Assembly: GCA_004298295.1 (NCBI GenBank)
Contig: SCUH01000269.1
Location: forward strand, 1-30,352
Origin: Betaproteobacteria bacterium
GTDB lineage: Bacteria > Pseudomonadota > Gammaproteobacteria > Burkholderiales > SG8-39
Direction of reading: 5' to 3'
Length of the DNA: 30,352 bases
A program made the translations under genes and the position numbers. This document shows positions 28,070 through 30,352 of this stretch, one piece after another. The notes beneath the pieces were generated by a model. That model made no database searches. It saw only the letters and a program-made list of their open reading frames with translations, and was not told where the DNA came from. Each line of letters starts with the position of its first letter. The first letter of the stretch is position 1.

Positions 28070-29059
28070 CTAACGGCGCCGGTGCGCCGATTCCAGCACC
28101 TTCGGATTCACGACGTTGGCCGGCTTGCCGGCCGCGTAGGCGACGATCTGGTCGAAGATGTCGGCAAACTGCATTTCATACTCGTCGCGGGTGACGTATC
28201 CGATGTGCGGCGTGCACACGACGTTGTCCAGGTTGAGCAGGGGATCGGCGGTATCGCGCAGCGGCTCGACTTCGAACACGTCGACCGCGGCCATGCCCGG
28301 GCGCCCGGCTTTCAGCGCCGCGACCAGCGCGCCGGGCGCAATCAGTCCGGCGCGGCTGGTGTTGACGAGCAGCGCCGTCGGCTTCATGCCCGCAAGGTCG
28401 TCCGCGGTGACGATGCCGCGCGTGGCTTCAACCAGGCGCAGGTGCAGCGAGAGCACGTCGCACGCGGCGAAAAACTCCGCCTTGCTGGCGGCCGCCGCGT
28501 GACCGTCGGCGCGGGCCTGCGCGAGCGAGCCTTCGCGCGCCCACACCATCACCTCCATGCCGAACGCCTTGCCGTAGCCCGCGACGACGCTCCCGATCCT
28601 GCCGTAGCCGTAGATCCCGAGCCGCTTGCCGCGCAGGCTGTGACCGACCCCGATTTGCCACCTTCCCGAGCGCAGCGCGGCCATCTGCTGCGGCACCTGG
28701 CGCATCGCCGCCAGCACCAGCGCCCATGTCAGTTCCGCGGCGGCGTACGAAGGCGTGCCGGCATGCATGTTCGACGAAACGATGACGCCGCGCCGCGTGC
28801 AGGCGTCGATATCGATGTGCGGATAGACGCTGCGCTGGCTGATGAGCCGGAGCTGGTCCAGCCGCTCGAGGAGCGGCGCGCGGATCTGGGTGCGCTCGCG
28901 GATCAGCACCAGCGCCTCGGTGTCGCGCAGGCGCTCAGCCAGTGCATCGACCTCCTGCACGTGGTCGTTCCAGATCGTGACCTCGTGCCCCGCCAGTTTC
29001 GCGAAGCACCCGAGCGTGCGAAGGGTGTCATGGTAATCGTCAAGGATGGTGATCTTCAT
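28070..29059 (-). CDS. D-isomer-specific 2-hydroxyacid dehydrogenase family protein
   Basis: MKITILDDY start, GYGRIG, NTSRAG, DVFEVEP and TPHIGY motifs. Confidence 0.92.
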   Translation of the reverse strand: MKITILDDYHDTLRTLGCFAKLAGHEVTIWNDHVQEVDALAERLRDTEALVLIRERTQIRAPLLERLDQLRLISQRSVYPHIDIDACTRRGVIVSSNMHAGTPSYAAAELTWALVLAAMRQVPQQMAALRSGRWQIGVGHSLRGKRLGIYGYGRIGSVVAGYGKAFGMEVMVWAREGSLAQARADGHAAAASKAEFFAACDVLSLHLRLVEATRGIVTADDLAGMKPTALLVNTSRAGLIAPGALVAALKAGRPGMAAVDVFEVEPLRDTADPLLNLDNVVCTPHIGYVTRDEYEMQFADIFDQIVAYAAGKPANVVNPKVLESAHRRR

Positions 29060-29087
29060 GTCCGGGATTTCCTCAATGACTGCGCCG

Positions 29088-29414
29088 CTACGCCTCCGGC
29101 GCCCCGGCCAGCCGTGCATAGCGCGGCCAGCTCCGCAGCCAGGTCTTCTGCAGCAGCGGCAAGGCGAGCGCGCCCGCCATCGCGGCACCGAGCGCGGCGA
29201 GCACTAGGCCCTGGCTCCGGTACCCGTATGCCAGTGCGGCGAGCGCGATGACAATCGCGAAGTCGCACAGCGCGATGACGACCTCCGCCGGGTGAACATT
29301 GAGGCGGATGCGCTGCATGCAGTGGGGACAATCGATCTCCATGCGCGCCACGATGGCCTGGCTCAGCTTTCGCTGCCTCAGATCCATCCTGCAGAACGGG
29401 CACCGGAAGTCCAC
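29088..29414 (-). CDS. Small membrane protein with N-terminal Cys4 Zn-ribbon-like motif
   Basis: CPFC-x20-CPHC followed by two hydrophobic helices; tightly packed in the operon. Confidence 0.7.
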   Translation of the reverse strand: MDFRCPFCRMDLRQRKLSQAIVARMEIDCPHCMQRIRLNVHPAEVVIALCDFAIVIALAALAYGYRSQGLVLAALGAAMAGALALPLLQKTWLRSWPRYARLAGAPEA

Positions 29415-29427
29415 CGTGTCGCCCCGT

Positions 29428-30174
29428 TCACTTCCCGCCCGTCACATCGATGAAGCTGCCCGTGGTGTAGGAAGCCTCCGCCGAGAGCAGCCACAGGATG
29501 GCCCGCGCGACTTCGTCGGCCGTCCCGCCACGCTTCATCGGCACGGACTCCCCGAGACGATCGACGCGCCGCGGCTCGCCGCCGCTGGCGTGGATCTCGG
29601 TGTCGATGAACCCCGGGCGCACCGCATTCACGCGGATGCCCTCTGCCGCGACCTCTCTCGCCAGGCCGAGCGTCAGCGTGTCGATCGCGCCCTTGGACGC
29701 CGCATAGTCGACGTATTCCCCCGGCGAGCCGAGCCGCGAAGCCCCCGACGACACGTTGACGATCGCCCCGCCGCTGCCGCCGCGCCCGCGCGACATGCGG
29801 CGAACGGCCTCGCGCGCGCACACGAAGGCGCCGATGACATTGGTCGCGAAAATGCGCTGCAGGCGCGCGGCATCCATCGTCTCGACCCGCATCTGGGTTT
29901 CCAGAATGCCGGCGTTGTTGACCAGCGCCGTCAGCGGACCCAGGGCGCGATCGCAGGTCTCGAACAGCCGCACGACGTCCGCTTCGACGGCAACGTCCGC
30001 GGCCACTGCGATGGCCCGCCCACCCGCGGCTGCGATGTCTGCCGCGACACGTTCGGCTGCGGCCCGGTCGCGCCGGTAGTTGACGCAGACGGCGTAGCCG
30101 CTCGCCGCGGCCATTCGCGCCGTGGCGGCGCCGATGCCGCGGCTTGCGCCCGTGATGAGGGCAACCGGCGTCAT
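29428..30174 (-). CDS. Short-chain dehydrogenase/reductase
   Basis: TGASRGIG, NNAG, catalytic YAASK and IRVNAVRPG motifs. Confidence 0.95.
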   Translation of the reverse strand: MTPVALITGASRGIGAATARMAAASGYAVCVNYRRDRAAAERVAADIAAAGGRAIAVAADVAVEADVVRLFETCDRALGPLTALVNNAGILETQMRVETMDAARLQRIFATNVIGAFVCAREAVRRMSRGRGGSGGAIVNVSSGASRLGSPGEYVDYAASKGAIDTLTLGLAREVAAEGIRVNAVRPGFIDTEIHASGGEPRRVDRLGESVPMKRGGTADEVARAILWLLSAEASYTTGSFIDVTGGK

Positions 30175-30352
30175 CGCCGGACGCCGGATGTGCCCGGCTG
30201 CGCGAAGTGCGTGAGCGGCTGCCGCGCGCCGTCCTTTTCGGCATAGACGAGCGTCGGAAAGCCGGAAGGCGCTACCGTGGCCGTGACGACGAACTGGTGC
30301 GTGGGGCCGTGGCCCGCCTCGTTCCAGCCCCGGTTGTCGGTGAAGCGCTCGA
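30171..30352 (-). CDS. C-terminal fragment of an unidentified protein (5'-partial)
   Basis: The open frame ...ERFTDNRGWNEAGHGPTHQFVVTATVAPSGFPTLVYAEKDG...VRR* ends in an ATGA overlap with the SDR start. Confidence 0.6.
   Translation of the reverse strand, partial: ERFTDNRGWNEAGHGPTHQFVVTATVAPSGFPTLVYAEKDGARQPLTHFAQPGTSGVRR

Noticed and set aside
30171-30352. Assigning a family (for example DsbA-like, from GFPTLV) to the right-edge partial ORF
   Set aside because: There are only about 60 residues, and one short motif is insufficient.

Overview
This is a GC-rich window, probably betaproteobacterial; that is inferred from gene content and the TorF-glnK-amtB arrangement. The left end holds the best candidate for an undescribed system, a divergent cyclic-nucleotide signalling pair. 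One gene is a Crp-type regulator (cNMP-binding domain plus HTH) fused to a catalytically degenerate class III cyclase domain; it runs off the left edge and is absent from the ORF track. The other is an intact-looking adenylate cyclase fused to a C-terminal PilZ domain. Next come a nucleotidyltransferase/small-protein pair (toxin-antitoxin-like), rmuC, and an FNR-box-preceded napFDAGHBC operon with a shortened NapF. A REP-like palindrome separates the nap operon from a TorF-glnK-amtB operon, whose promoter shows sigma54, IHF and NtrC sites. Then follow ybbP/ybbA/tesA-like genes, selD-selU, two orphan secreted proteins, an HDAC-family deacetylase, and MoxR followed by a 5'-truncated Ser/Thr kinase remnant. 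The right end is a long minus-strand run of enzymes: GT2, DapA-like, patatin, GST, GFA plus an 8-codon GFA remnant, flavin reductase, VIT1, D-2-hydroxyacid dehydrogenase, a Zn-ribbon membrane protein and an SDR. Several genes have -10 hexamers directly before the ATG, suggesting leaderless mRNAs. No rRNA, tRNA, CRISPR array or transposase was seen. All calls come from manual motif recognition; no database searches were run.
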